DNA from: Eledone cirrhosa | Taxonomy: Eukaryota | Direction: 5' to 3' | NCBI GenBank assembly: GCA_964016885.1 | Contig: OZ024757.1 | Span: forward strand, 31,248,001 to 31,312,000 | Length of the DNA: 64,000 nucleotides | Part shown: positions 45,060 to 60,699 of the stretch, piece by piece | How the letters are laid out: each line of letters begins with the position of its first letter | Numbering within the stretch: position 1 is the first letter of the stretch | Notes under the pieces: model-generated | Database searches by the model: none | Seen by the model: the letters and a program-made list of their open reading frames with translations, nothing else | What the model was told of the DNA's origin: nothing | Made by a program: the position numbers and the translations under genes

Positions 45060-47525
45060 ATCGAACTTAAATTTGACAGATTGATTGGTTATAGCTCCAA
45101 ATGTTTTTATTTACGACCTTTTTACATTCTGAATTCAAACCCTGCCGACGTCAACTTTGCCTTTCTTCTGAGGACGATAAAATAAAGTACCAGTCATGTA
45201 CTTGGGTCGATTTAGCCAACTTTATACCTTCCCCCATATTTGCAGGCCTTATACCTAAATCAGAAACCAGTATGAGTTCCAACATAAAGGGTTTGGGGCA
45301 GAATTGGTAGGGATAGGTCAGATAAAATACAGTTGAAGTCCGAGTACTTGTTCTCTTGCCTTTTACATTCTGAGTTCAAATCCCGTCGAGGTCAACTTTA
45401 CCTTTCATCTTTCAAGGGACGGGGTTCGATAAAATAAAGTACCAGTCACATACTGGGGTTGGTTTAACGTACTTTATACCCCTCTTCCATATTTGCTGGC
45501 CTTATGCCTTAATCAGAAATAAATATAAAGGGATTGGGGCAGAATTGGTGAGGGTAGGTCTGATAAAATGCCATTGAAGTACGATTATTTTTTATTTTGC
45601 TCTTTACATTCTGAGTTCAAATGCCTTTCATCTTTCGGGGAGGTGAGGCGTCGATAAAATAAAGTACCAGTCATGTAGTGGGTCGATTTAACGAACTTTA
45701 TACCTTTCTTCCATATTTGCTGGCCTTATGCCTAAATCAGAAATCAACATAAATGGGACGGGGTTCTATAAAATAAAATACCAGTCACATACTGAGGTGG
45801 GTTTAACGTACTTTATACCTTTCCTCAACATTTGTTGGCCTTATGCCTAAATCAGGAATAAATATAAAGGAATTGGGGCAGAATTGGTGGGATGTGGTAG
45901 ATCAGATAAAATACAATTGAAGTATGATTATTTTTTCTCTTGTTCTCTACTTTCTGAGTTCAAATCCTGTCGAGGTCAACTTTGCTTTTCTTCTTTGAAG
46001 GGACAGGTGTTCTTTAAAATAAAGTACCAGTCACATACTGAGGTGGGTTTAACGTACTTTATACCTTTCTTCTACATTTGCTGGCCTTATGCCTAAATCA
46101 GGAATAAATATAAAGGAATTGGAGCAGAATTGGTGCGATGGGGTAGATCAGATAAAATACAATTGAAGTACAATTATTTTTTCTTTTGCTCTCTACGTTC
46201 TGAGTACAAATCTTACCGAGGTTAACTTTGCCTTTCATCTTTCAGGAAGGTGAAGTGTCGATAAAATAAAGAACCTGTCGTGTACTGGAGTCGATTTAAT
46301 CAACTTTATATCTTTCCTTCACATTTGCTGGCCTTATGCCTTATCCAGAATTCAGTATAAATGGTTTGGAGCAGAATTGGTAAGGGTAGGTCAGATAATA
46401 TACAATTGAAGTACGATTATTTTTTTCTCTTGCTTTCTACATTCTGAGTTCAAATCCTGTCGAGGTCGACTTTGTCTTTCGTCTTTGAAGGGACGGTGTT
46501 TGATTAAATAAAATAATAGTCACATACTGGGGTTGGTTTAACGTACTTTATACCCCTCTTCCATATTTGCTGGCCTTATGCCTAAATCAGAAATAAATAT
46601 AAATGGTTTAAGGCAGAATTGGTGGGATGGGTAGGTCAGATAATATACAATTGAAGTACGATTATTTTTTTCTTTTGCTCTCTACATTCTGAGTACAAAT
46701 CTCGCAGAGGTTAACTATGCATTTCATCTTTCAGGAAGGTGAAGTTTCGATAAAATAAAGTACCAGTTATGTAGTGGGGGTCGATTTAACCGACTTTATA
46801 TCTTTCCTGCATATTTGCTGGCCTAATGCCTACATCAGAATTAGTGGTGGTGGTATGGGTAGGTCAGATAATATACAATTGAAGTACGATTATTTTTTCT
46901 TTTGCTCTCTACATTCTGAGTACAAATCTCGCAGAGGTTAACTATGCATTTCATCTTTCAGGAAGGTGAAGTTTCGATAAAATAAAGTACCAGTTATGTA
47001 GTGGGGTCGATTTAACCAACTTTATATCTTTCCTGCATATTTGCTGGCCTTATGCCTACATCAGAATTAGTGGTGGTGGTAAGGGTAGGTCAGATAATAT
47101 ACAATTGAAGTACGATTATTTTTTTCTTTTGCTCTCTGAATACAAATCTCACCGTGGTCAACTTTGCTTTTCGTCTTTGAAGGGACGGGTGTTCTTTAAA
47201 ATAAAGTACCAGTCACATTCTGAGGGTGGGTTTAATCAACTTTATACCTTTCCTCTACATTTGTTGGCCTTATGCCTTAATCAGAATTGGTGCGATGAGG
47301 CAGGTCAGATAAAATACAATTGAAGTACAATTATTTTTTCTTTTGCTCTCTACATTCTGAGTACAAATCCTGTCGAGGTCATCTTTGAAGGGACGGAGGG
47401 GTGGGGTTCTATAAAATAAAGTACCAGTCACGTACTGGGGTCCATGCAAATGAATTCTCCCCCCCCCCCCCACAAAAAAAATCAACAAAATTCCTGACCT
47501 TGTTCTTAAAATAGAAACCATTATT
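45060..47525 (+). repeat. Tandem array of about 11 diverged SINE S1-related monomers (mostly ~220-250 bp)
   Basis: Repeated ACATTCTGAGTTCAAATC..GAGGTCAACTTTGCC..ATAAAGTACCAGTC..GCTGGCCTTATGCCTAAATCAG. Confidence 0.9.
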
Positions 47526-47864
47526 TTATAGGAGAACGTAGGTGATTGCAGGAAGAAACAAGAAGATACAGAAATATATTTAAAAAAACCAACATGGCGA
47601 CTTCGTGTTTCTTTTTCGTTCTTTTTTCTTAATCTTCGTTTATCATCATCATCATCATCGTGTCATTGTTGTTGTTATTTTTGTTGTTGTTTTTTTGTTA
47701 TTGTTTAATGTTTATTTTATATTGTTTGTTTTTCTTTTTTTTTCTTTTTTTTTTATTTATCGTTGAACGAAAAAATCTAAGAATTTTATACTACCTACGT
47801 GTGTGTATATGTGTATGTATGTATCTCTCTCTCTCCCTCTCTCTCTGTATATATGTGTGTGTGT

Positions 47865-47913
<49 letters not shown>

Positions 47914-48068
47914 CATACACACACACATATATATATATATGTATATATATATATAGACTCCAGTTCCCCAGTGAATTAACAACACAACAAGGAACTGGGC
48001 ATATCAGAGTATTGACAATATCATACACCTAAACAACATATGTACTTGTCTATACCATACTAATTCAA

Positions 48069-48123
48069 ACTGCCTGAAGAGGTCACAGCCAAAGATGGCT
48101 GTCACTGAAATATATATAGCAGT
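48069..48123 (+). ncRNA. Minimal HHR motif (H1)
   Basis: ACTGC CTGAAGA GGTCACAGCCA AAGA TGGCTGTCACT GAAA TATATA TA GCAGT; stem II covaries with 9441-9496. Confidence 0.78.
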
Positions 48124-48269
48124 AATAAACGAAGCTAAATTTTAATCATTTGACTTTTATTTAACTTTATTTTACACTACTCCGGAGTAACCAAACCAAC
48201 CTGCGCACTTCGTCGAGTGCTACAGCCTGCATACTGAGGTGTTGGTACACAACCAACATAAACTCAAAA

Positions 48270-48345
<76 letters not shown>

Positions 48346-48526
48346 AAAGATTTCAGAGGAACGTCAGAGAGTTTCTTGGAACAAGTGAAGGTTTCTAAAT
48401 ATACAAGAATGTGCAACAGTAGAAATATCTTGAAGAAAATAAGGAAAAAAGAAGAATCTGTTGGCAAGGGAACATAAATAAATAATGGTTAAATGGTGGC
48501 GTTGGGGTGAGAGTGAGTGGCGGGTC

Positions 48527-49885
48527 ATTGTGGTGGTGGTGTTGGCCGTGGTGATGGTAGTGGTAGTGTTGTTGTTGGCCGTGGTGAATGTGGTTGGTGG
48601 TGCTGGTGGTAGTGGTAGTGTTGTTGTTCGTGGTGGCGTTGGTGGTGGTGGTGGTGATGATGGTGGTGGTAGTGGTAGTGTTGTTGTTCGTGGTGGTGGT
48701 GGTGTTGGCCGTGGTGAATGTGGTTGGTGGTGCTGGCGGTAGTGGTGGTAGTGTTGTTGTTCGTGGTGGTGTTGGTGTTGGTGGTGTTGGTGGTGATGAT
48801 GGTGGTAGTGGTAGTGTTGTTGTTCGTGGTGGTGTTGGTGGTGATGGTGCTGGCCGTAGTGGTGGAAGTGGCAGTGTTGTTGTTCGCGGTTGTAGTGGTG
48901 GTGGTAGTGATGGTGGCCGTGGTGGCTGTAGTGTTGTTGTTGATGGTGTTGGTGGTGGTGGTGGTAGTGTTGTTATTCGTAGTAGTCATGGTGGTGTTGT
49001 TGATGGTGGTGGTGTTGTCGGTGGTGTTTGGTGGTGGTGGTGTTGTTGTTGTTGCAGATGGTGTTGTTTTTGTTGTTGTCGATGGTGGTGGTGTTGGTGG
49101 GGGTGGGGGGGTGTTGGTGGTGATGGTGTTGTTGTTGGTATTGTTGTCGGTGGTGGTGGTGGTACTGATGGTGATGATGGTAGTGGTAGTAGTGATGATG
49201 GTATGGGTGATAGTAGTATGTTTGGAAGTGGTGGTGGTAAGTGTGGTGGTAGATGTTGTTATCGTTGAAATGGCGAGGATGATGATGGTATGGTAGTGGT
49301 GGTGGTACGGGTGACAGTGGTTAGTGGTATGTTTGGAAATGATGGTGATGGTGGTAAGTGTGGTGGCAAGACATTGTTATCGTTGTGGTGATGATGATGG
49401 TATGGTAGTGGTGGTGGTGGTGGTTGTGATGGTGGTTTGGGTGATTGTGATGGTGGTATAGGTGGTATGGTAGAGGTGGTGCTGGTTGTGATGATGGTAT
49501 GGGTGATAGTGGTATGTTTGGAAGTGGTGGTAATGGTTTAAGTATGGTGGTTGATGTTGTTATCATGGTGGTGGTGGTGATGGTGATGATGGTATGGTAG
49601 TGGTGTTGGCGGTTGTGATGATGGTATGGTAGTGGTGTTGGCGGTTGTGATGGTGGTACGGGTGGTAGTGGTATGTTTGGAAGTGGTGGTAATGGTTTAA
49701 GTATGGTGGTTGATTTGTTATCATTGTGGTGGTGGTGGTGGTGATGATGATGGTATGGTAGTGGTGTTGGCGGTTGTGATAATGGTATGGCAGTGGTGTT
49801 GGCGGTTGTGATGATGGTATGGTAGTGGTGTTGGCGGTTGTGATGGTAGTACGGGTGGTAGTATTGGTGGTGGTGGTGGTGGTTA
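48527..49885. repeat. GGT/GTT-rich degenerate tandem repeats
   Basis: Direct inspection. Confidence 0.9.
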
Positions 49886-50005
49886 GCTTAGTTAAAAGAG
49901 ATATAAACAGTGAAATGAATCAACCAAGTCTGACATTGATAAGATAACAGCAGGAGTGGTGAGACTGGCTTAAAACATACGAAAATAGAATATCGCCAGG
50001 GAGTG

Positions 50006-51320
<1,315 letters not shown>

Positions 51321-51393
51321 GAGACACAGAGGTACACATACACACTTCGTTTGTGTCAGGACATACACACATACACATTGTCAGTGTCAGGGC

Positions 51394-51424
<31 letters not shown>

Positions 51425-51977
51425 CATACATACATACATACATACATACTTATATACATACAGATAGACAGACACATGCTTATATATACACACATAGTAC
51501 ATACATACATATTGTCAGTGACAGGGCTTACATAATACAAACATACATACATACATACATACATACATAGACAGACAGGGAGAGAGACATATGCTTATGT
51601 ACATACACACATACACATTGGCAATGCTAGGACGTACATACATACACATTGTCAGTGACAAGGCTGATATACATACATACAGACAAACAGATAGACATAT
51701 GCTTATGTATATACACTTTTGCATATACACACATACATACTGTCAATGATAGGACGTACATACATGGTGGCTGCAAACTTTGCTAAGATAATTATTTCAT
51801 TTACCAGTGGTTTCTTGAAAGTAGATATTGTATCTGTTTTCAGTCGTCAGAATGAATAAAAAATAATTAAAAAAAATATATATATATATAGTCTCTTGAA
51901 GTTCTTTCATCACACACCTGTGACATCATCAGTGATACCTATTGCTGTAATATTTTATTATATATATATATATATAA

Positions 51978-52164
51978 GGGCGGTGGATTGGCAGTATCAG
52001 TAGAGGGTCGGACGCCATGCTTTCCAGCATAGTTACGTCCCTTTACGGTCTGAGTTCAAATCCCGCCGAGGTTGACTTTGCCTTTCATCCTTACAGGGTC
52101 GATAAAATAAAGTACCAGTAATGCACTGGGTAATTGCTGGCCTTGTGCCTAAAGTAGAAACAAT

Positions 52165-52167
<3 letters not shown>
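51978..52167 (+). mobile_element. SINE S1, full length, in (TA)n
   Basis: GGGCGGTGGATTGGCAGTATCAG...GTAGAAACAATTA. Confidence 0.9.
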
Positions 52168-52197
<30 letters not shown>

Positions 52198-52243
52198 TAA
52201 AATATAAATATTAATAAAATAGATGTTCTTTTGATTAATTACA

Positions 52244-52294
52244 TTTTATTATACATATTTGGGATGTACAACAGTACGTCCTCATCAGACAAAA
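52244..52294 (-). ncRNA. HHR motif (H3-like) with GAAA>CAAA core mutation
   Basis: TTTTGT CTGATGA GGACGTAC TGTT GTACATCC CAAA TATGTA TA ATAAAA. Confidence 0.6.
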
Positions 52295-52466
52295 TATAAT
52301 GATACATGACATACCCTGAGATGTTAAATGGTTAAGATTTAATCAAGGTATTATTAATATTTATATTTTTAATATTAATAACTCCGGAAAATTATTTTAC
52401 CGTAGAGTGCTTCCAATCTACTGTAAAACTCATTCTTTGACATACTCATTGAATATCGTTTAACAC

Positions 52467-52497
<31 letters not shown>

Positions 52498-52614
52498 ATC
52501 TGTAAGTGGCACAGTAAAACCATAAAAGACTTTACTAACATTGTTCTCTAAGAACCTCTTGCTTTTGTTTGAAACCGGCTACCCGCTTTCAGGAAATCTT
52601 TCAAATAATGTAAA

Positions 52615-53048
52615 ATCTCTCTCTCTTTCTCCCGCTCTCTCGCTTTCTCTCTCTCCTCCCCTCTCTCTCTCTCTCGCTTTCTCTCTCTCCTCCCCTCTCT
52701 CTCTCTCTCGCTTTCTCTCTCTCCTCTCCTCTCTCTCTCTCTCGCTTTCTCTCTCTCCTCCCCTCTCTCTCTCGCTTTCTCTCTCTCCTCCCCCCTCTCT
52801 CGCTTTCTCTCTCTCTCCTCCCCCCTCTCTCGCTTACTCTCTCTCTCCTCCCCCCTCTCTCGCTTACTCTCTCTCCTCCCCCCCTCTCTCGCTTACTCTC
52901 TCTCCTCCCCCCTCTCTCGCTTACTCTCTCTCCTCCCCCTCTCTAGCTTTCTCTCTCTCGCCTCCCCCTTCTCTCGCTTACTCTCTCTCCTCCCCCTCTC
53001 TCGCTTTCTCTCTCCCCTCTCCTCTCTCTTTATCTATCTATCTATCTG
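52615..53048. repeat. CT-rich minisatellite (CTCGCTTWCTCTCTCTCCTCCCC)
   Basis: Direct inspection. Confidence 0.9.
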
Positions 53049-53204
53049 TACATGTGTGTGCGTTTGTGCTGCGCGAACGTATGTATAGATATTTCTATAT
53101 ACACACACACACACGCGCACACGCACGCATGCACGCCGGAAACCATATATAAATTTTAAACAGCCATACACCTGAGATACATGGAGCTGAGAATGGGTAC
53201 ATAA

Positions 53205-53272
53205 CAATAGCAGTAATAGTAGTAGTGGTGGTTGAGGTGGTGGTAGTGCTGGTGGTGGTAGTGGTATTATTC

Positions 53273-53303
<31 letters not shown>

Positions 53304-53810
53304 GGTTAGTAGTAATAGTGGTTGTAGTAGTGGTAGTGATGGCAGTAGTATTAGTAATAGTGGTGGTGGTGGTGGTAGTAATAGTGGTAGTAGTAGTGGT
53401 GGTGATGGTAGTAGTATTAGTAATAGTGGTAGTAGTAGTAGTAGTGGTGGTGGTGATAGTAGTAGTGGCGTTAGTAGTAACAGTGTTTGTAGTAATGGTG
53501 GTGATGGTAGTAGTAGTAACAGTGGTTGTAGAAGTTGTGGTGATGGTAGTAGTATTAGTAATAGTGGTAGTAGTAGTAGTGGTGGTGGTGGTGGTGGTGA
53601 TAGTAGTAGTGGCGTTAGTAGTAACAGTGTTTGTAGTAATGGTGGTGATGGTAGTAGAAGTAACAGTGGTTGTAGAAGTTGTGGTGATGGTAGTAGTATT
53701 AGTAATAGTGGTAGTACTCTTAGTGGTAGTAGTAGTAGTGGTGGTATTAGTAGTAACAGTGGTTGTAGTATTAGTAGTGGTGGTAGTGATGATTGTGATT
53801 GTGGCGTTGA
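53205..53810. repeat. (GTA/GGT)n block with internal duplication
   Basis: Direct inspection. Confidence 0.9.
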
Positions 53811-54659
53811 TTTAATAGTAAATATATTCCCACCTGAGGCACATGTATGTAGATTGTGAATCAGGTGTGTATAATGTTGTATAATGTTGTATAATGTTGT
53901 ATAATGGCGCATTACTGAACAGCGAGCAACGTAAGTCTTCCTTCTCTGTTGTGGTTCTTTGTTTTGTTTGGATTGTTGTTGTTGTTGGTGGTGTTGTTGG
54001 TGGTGTTGGTGTTGGTGGTGATGGTGTTGTCGTTAGTGGTGTTGTTGTGTGTGATGATGATGGTGGTGGTGTTGTTGGTGGTGGTGTTGTCGTTAATGGT
54101 GTTGTTGGTGGTGTTGTTATTGTTGTTGATGGTTGTTGGTGGTGTGGGTCATGATGAAGAAGAGTGAAAAAAGAAAGAACATGATGATGGCGGTGGTGAC
54201 TAGGAGGGGGGAAGAGGGGGAATATGTGGAGCGCAAGAAGTGGATAGAGCATGGTGATGATTATGGCGATGAGGATGATGATAATGAGCAAGATTAGGTG
54301 GAGGAAGTGAGGGTGGAGGGAAGAGAAGAGGAGGATATGAGAGGGGAGGGGGTGTGAGGCAGGAAGAAGGGGAGGAGGATGTGAGGAAGATGAAGAGGAG
54401 GAGGGAAGAGAGGAACAACAAAAAAACATCAACGAATGAAATAAAGTAGTAAAACAAAACAAAGAACAAAATTGAATTTGAAAAAAAACTAAAAGATGAG
54501 AACGAAAGTTAAATTCTTGAATAATTTCATTAAACAGAGAATGAGCAACACATTAGTTATAGTAGAGAGGGGGTTGTAGTAGGGTGAGAGGGGGTGGTAG
54601 GAGGGAGGAAGTGATAGAGGAGGGGGAGGGGAATGGTTGAAGGCTGAAGAGGAAGGAAG

Positions 54660-55235
54660 GATGGCCACAGTCTAATGACTGAAACCAGTAAAAGACATAA
54701 TACAGTATGGTGCCCCAGCATGGCCACAGTCTAATGACTGAAACCAGTAAAAGACATATTACAACGAGGTGCCCCAGCATGGCCACAGTCTACAAGAATA
54801 ATTACAGGGATTGTTATAGGAAGAGTCACAGCATGGCCGCAGTCCAATGACTGAAACCAATAAAAAAAAACAATGTATTGCCCCAAGATGGCCGCAGTGG
54901 AATGGTTGAAACCAGCAAAAAAAAAATGTGGTGCGCCAGAATCACTACAGTCAATTGACTGAAACCAATAAAAGGATGTATTGCCCCAGCCTGGCCACAG
55001 TCCAATGGCTGAAACAAGCAAAAACAATTTGATGCCCCTGCATGACCACAGTCCAATGACTGAAACAAGCAATACAAAAAGGTATTACCCCAACCTTGCC
55101 AAAGACCGATGACGGAAACAAGCGAAAAAAAAAAAAAAAAAAAATGTGGTGCCTCAGCAGGACCACAATCCAATGACTGAAATCAATAAAAACCAAAACA
55201 AATTTATTGCCCCAGCATGGCCACAGTTGAATAGT
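54660..55235 (+). repeat. About 10 tandem ~55-65 bp units TGCCCCAGCATGGCCACAGTCYAATGACTGAAAC (probably SINE-tail derived)
   Basis: Diverged tandem units each ending in an A-rich tract. Confidence 0.85.
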
Positions 55236-55664
55236 TGACCCCAATGATAGAATGACAGTAAAGTGACATTGATGTTACTGTTGTAGAACGAAACCGTTCC
55301 TCAGTATTTCTATAACAAATCATTATCTCCCGTTACACGATGATGAAACACAACATTAAAATAGTTCTATTGATTGCAGACTTATATTTCGAGGTTTTGG
55401 AAAACTTTTGTATTGTCCCTGGAGTATGTAAGTATGAAGGGAAGCGGAGGGGGGTAGTAGGGGGGAGTAGGAGTGGATGGGGTATGGTGGGGGCTAGGTA
55501 ATGGGGGAGGTGAGGAGAGTAATAAAACGTAGCAATATTTGTGTTGGTAGATGTGTATATATATATGTGTGTGTGTGTATGGATGCGTATATGTATAGGT
55601 GTGTATGTATGTATGTATGTATGTATGTATGTACATGCAAGTACGAATGTATATATTTATGAAT

Positions 55665-55731
<67 letters not shown>

Positions 55732-55939
55732 TAAATAAATACATATATATATATATATATATATATAAGTATGTACACGTACATACATATATGTATACAG
55801 ACGTACAGTAGTATGTATATATATATACATACATGCACGCATATATATATGTACGTATAATAAATGTTCGGTGAATCCATACGTACATATATATATGTGT
55901 GCATGTATGTATATATATACATGTATATATGTATGTATG

Positions 55940-55983
<44 letters not shown>

Positions 55984-56129
55984 CTACTGTACGTCTGTAT
56001 ACATAGAAGTATGTACGTGTACATACTTATATTTAAGTAACAGCCGTACTAAGAGTGGGAAATGAAATATCGTTTCATTTTTTCCGTTTATATATATATA
56101 TATTTATTCATACGTATATATGTGTGTGT

Positions 56130-56184
56130 ATGTATTCATATATATATATATATTCATAGATATATATACTTTATACATATATAC

Positions 56185-56243
<59 letters not shown>

Positions 56244-56405
56244 TATATATATATATTCATATATATATATATTTACATATATATATATTTATATATATAT
56301 ATATTCATATATATATATATATATATTCATATATATATATATATTCATATATATATATATATTCATATATATATATATATATATTCATATATATATATAT
56401 ATATA

Positions 56406-56445
<40 letters not shown>

Positions 56446-56801
56446 TATATATATATATATATATTCATATATATATATATATATATTCATATATATATAT
56501 ATATATATTCATATATATATATATATATATTCATATATATATATATATATATTCATATATATATATATATATTCATATATATATATATATATTCATATAT
56601 ATATATATATATATTCACATATATATATATATATATTCATATATATATATATTCACATATATATATATATATTCATATATATATATATATATTCACATAT
56701 ATATATATATATTCATATATATATATTCATATATATATATATATTCACATATATATATATATATTCATATATATATATAACTATTCACATATATATATAT
56801 A

Positions 56802-56851
<50 letters not shown>

Positions 56852-56867
56852 TATATATATATATATA

Positions 56868-56915
<48 letters not shown>

Positions 56916-57067
56916 TATATATATATATTCATATATATATATATATATTCATATATATATATATATATATATATTTATTTATTCATATATATATATATAT
57001 TTATTTATTCATATGTAGATGTATATATACTGATATATATATATATATATATATATTCATATATATA

Positions 57068-57103
<36 letters not shown>

Positions 57104-57490
57104 TATATTCATATATATACTGATATATATATCAGTATATATATATATATATTCATATATATACTGATATATATATCAGTATATATATATATATATTCAT
57201 ATATATACTGATATATATATGTATCAGTATATATATATATATTCATATATATACTGATATATATATCAGTATATATATATATATATTCATATATATACTG
57301 ATATATATATGTATCAGTATATATATATATATTCATATATATACTGATATATATATATATATATCGGTATATATATATATATTCATATATATATATTCAT
57401 ATATATACTGATATATATTTATATATGTACATATACTTATATATATACATATATATATATATATATTAATATATATACTGATATATCTGT
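56130..57490. repeat. (AT)n punctuated by TTC, CTG and CAG motifs
   Basis: Direct inspection. Confidence 0.95.
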
Positions 57491-57503
57491 GTGTATGTAT
57501 GTG

Positions 57504-57534
<31 letters not shown>

Positions 57535-57649
57535 GTTTGTATATGATTTTTCCAGTGTCATGTAAGATATTCAAAAGGTTTAAAATCAAGAAGCATTTCA
57601 TCCATCTTGTCAGTACATTATCTTTTCACATGGCACTCAAACATTTCAC

Positions 57650-57708
<59 letters not shown>

Positions 57709-57712
<4 letters not shown>

Positions 57713-57822
57713 GTTTTTACTTTTGGCACAAGGCCAGCAATTACCTAGTGTAACAGTGCATTACTGGTACTTTATTTTATCGACCCCGTAAGGATGAAAC
57801 GCAAAGTTAACCTCGGCGGGAT
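57709..57822 (-). mobile_element. SINE S1 3' half
   Basis: Reverse complement of the S1 core and tail. Confidence 0.8.
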
Positions 57823-57881
57823 ATATATATAATATAATATATACACACCCAGACTGGTATAGTTTTAATATATATATATAT

Positions 57882-58228
57882 ATTCATTCATTCATTCATT
57901 TCATTTTACGTCCACTTTTCCCTGTCTGCAAGGGTGGGACGGGAACTGATTCTGGCTTGATTTCTACAGCTGGATGCCCTTCCTAACACCAACCTCATTT
58001 ACAGCGAGTGCTGGGTGCTTTTTTGCCGTGGCACCTCCACGACCACTTTGCAGTGGAAGGATTTGGACCCCAGTCCCTATCATCTCATTTCTACAACTGA
58101 GTAAACTGGAGCAATGTGAAATAAAGTGTCTTGCTCAAGGACGCAACATATCACCCAGTCTGAGAATTGAACTCACAACCTTTCGATTGCAAGGCCAATG
58201 TTCTAACCACTAAGCCATGCGCCTCCTA
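57882..58228 (-). mobile_element. tRNA-derived SINE S2 with RTE-like 3' end and (TGAA)n tail
   Basis: A box TGGCTTAGTGG, B box GAGTTCAATTC, GTCCTTGAGCAAGACAC core, AGGAAGGGCATCCAGCTGTAGAAA, GAAAAGTGGACGTAAAA. Confidence 0.8.
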
Positions 58229-58258
58229 CACCTATATACAGCCAGACGTGTATATTTT

Positions 58259-58306
<48 letters not shown>

Positions 58307-58551
58307 AATACAATATAATAAATGTAATCTGGATTTTTCGAATATTAATAATTGTTTCTACTTTTGGCACAAGGCCAGCAATAATCCAGCGTATTACTGG
58401 TACTTTTACTTTGCAATTATGCAAACAAGCCTCAATTTTATAGCCATGTCAGTAGAATGAACCCTTCATTCTTGCTCTTGTGTTGACATGTGAACACAAC
58501 TGCAGACGAATCGAATGTTATTATAAATATTCGAAAAACTGAGATTACATT

Positions 58552-58601
<50 letters not shown>

Positions 58602-58674
58602 ATATTTATGTATATATATATACATATATATGTATATAGGTATATATATACATATGTATATATATATATATACA

Positions 58675-58721
<47 letters not shown>

Positions 58722-58833
58722 CCCTGTATGTATAAACAAACGGGAATGAATACATTCGTCTCTCTCTCTCTCTGTCTCTGTCTCCTTTCTCTCTCTCTGT
58801 CTGTCTCTCTCTCTGTCTCTCTTTCACTCTTTC

Positions 58834-58906
<73 letters not shown>

Positions 58907-59154
58907 GATAGAATATATAGGCAAATAGTCTGCCAACATATCTACGTATGTACATATATATATTTTTTGTTTATATATGTATGTGTATGTATGAACCCAA
59001 GTTTATATAACTTTGTATATAATATGTATTTGATGCATACATATATGCATATATATATATATATATATTTCCTTATTTGCTTTTGTAGGAGCAAAAAAAA
59101 TGAATATAAATATTACCGTATCAATAAATCGATATCGCCCTATCTATCAATGCA

Positions 59155-59206
<52 letters not shown>

Positions 59207-59308
59207 AGTTTATATATGTAGGTATATATATGTGTGTGTATGTAAACATAAATTCTTTATGTTCATCTACTTATCTATGTATTCATCAATAAATATTCCA
59301 TCAACCTG

Positions 59309-59355
<47 letters not shown>

Positions 59356-59578
59356 CATACATACATATACACCCGCCACGAGAAATAAGAAATACAAACG
59401 TTTTGTGAATATTTATCTTGAATACATTTAAGTATATAACATATATTAGTCTGTGTATGTATGTATATATATATATATGCATATAATCATATGTATCTAT
59501 CTATGTATTTATCTACGTATGTATTTATCTATCTCTCTCCAACTCTCTCTCTCTATATATATATATACATACACACAC

Positions 59579-59611
<33 letters not shown>

Positions 59612-60054
59612 CATACATATATATATGTATATACATATATATATACATATATATATATATACATACATGCATATATATATATACACATATATATATGTAT
59701 ATATATAAGATATGTATCTATCAAAATATAAGTACCAACGTCTCTTCTATCACCAATAAGCACTGTCACGCGCTATATGAAATCATAATCGAAAATTGAT
59801 TATCATAGTCACAGATCGATACTAGATAGTAGTTGAAATGGGTTCTGATGACAAACCACATTGATTGAGGATCAATCTACACTTATATATATATATATAT
59901 ATATATCCACATAGCGATACATTGATGGTTAGATTTTTTTCTGATTTCTCCTTCACTCTACTAATTTCACTAACCACAACTTTTAACTTACATAGACACC
60001 CACACACTTATAGACAGATTCACACACACACACATACACCCACACATACACAAA

Positions 60055-60115
<61 letters not shown>

Positions 60116-60116
60116 T

Positions 60117-60258
60117 TAGTTCGCATCTAGCTGCCGAAACGGTCGGAGCTCAGTCGCTGGGGTCCTGACTCTTTTCCTATTACCCACTCTTCTACCCCAA
60201 ATATCAAGTACTCTGGTGTGTTATGGTCCACCTCGTTTCTTACCTCACTTTCTTTGTC
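60117..60258 (+). mobile_element. Family A copy 11 (single arm plus tail)
   Basis: GAAACGGTCGGAGCTCAG...TACCCACTCT...CTTACCTCAC. Confidence 0.8.
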
Positions 60259-60699
60259 ATATATATATATATATATATATATATACAAAGGGCGGATCAT
60301 GTTGATGCCACTTGAGTATCACTGAGAAACACCATATTTTATCATCCAACGTTCAACTACGAAAATTAAGTAGATTAGATAAATGAAAAGCGATTTATTT
60401 TCGAACTACTGACACATGGCACAATGCTTGGAGAATTTAAGAGAGGGACGCTTGATGACAAAGAGGTTATATATCACTCAAGCTCCTGTAACTGATGCTG
60501 TCAATTGTTTTCACAGTCACCAGTTTGCACAGATCTTTCTTCGTCCTATCTAAAAGTGTGGAGGTGGTGTGAGCTATCCAAGGAGTGTTTCCGGCATGTC
60601 TGGGAGCAATGTGAAGTATTTTCTGGACGTAAAGAGACAAGCTAGTAATAGCAGCAACAACAACAGCAGCAGCAGTATTAACACACGTTCTTAGTATAG

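Noticed and set aside
51895-51935. HHR-like CTGATGA-stem-GAAA on the minus strand
   Set aside because: No stem I closure could be found
58155-58228. tRNA gene
   Set aside because: A and B boxes are present but there is no acceptor stem, and it continues into a SINE body
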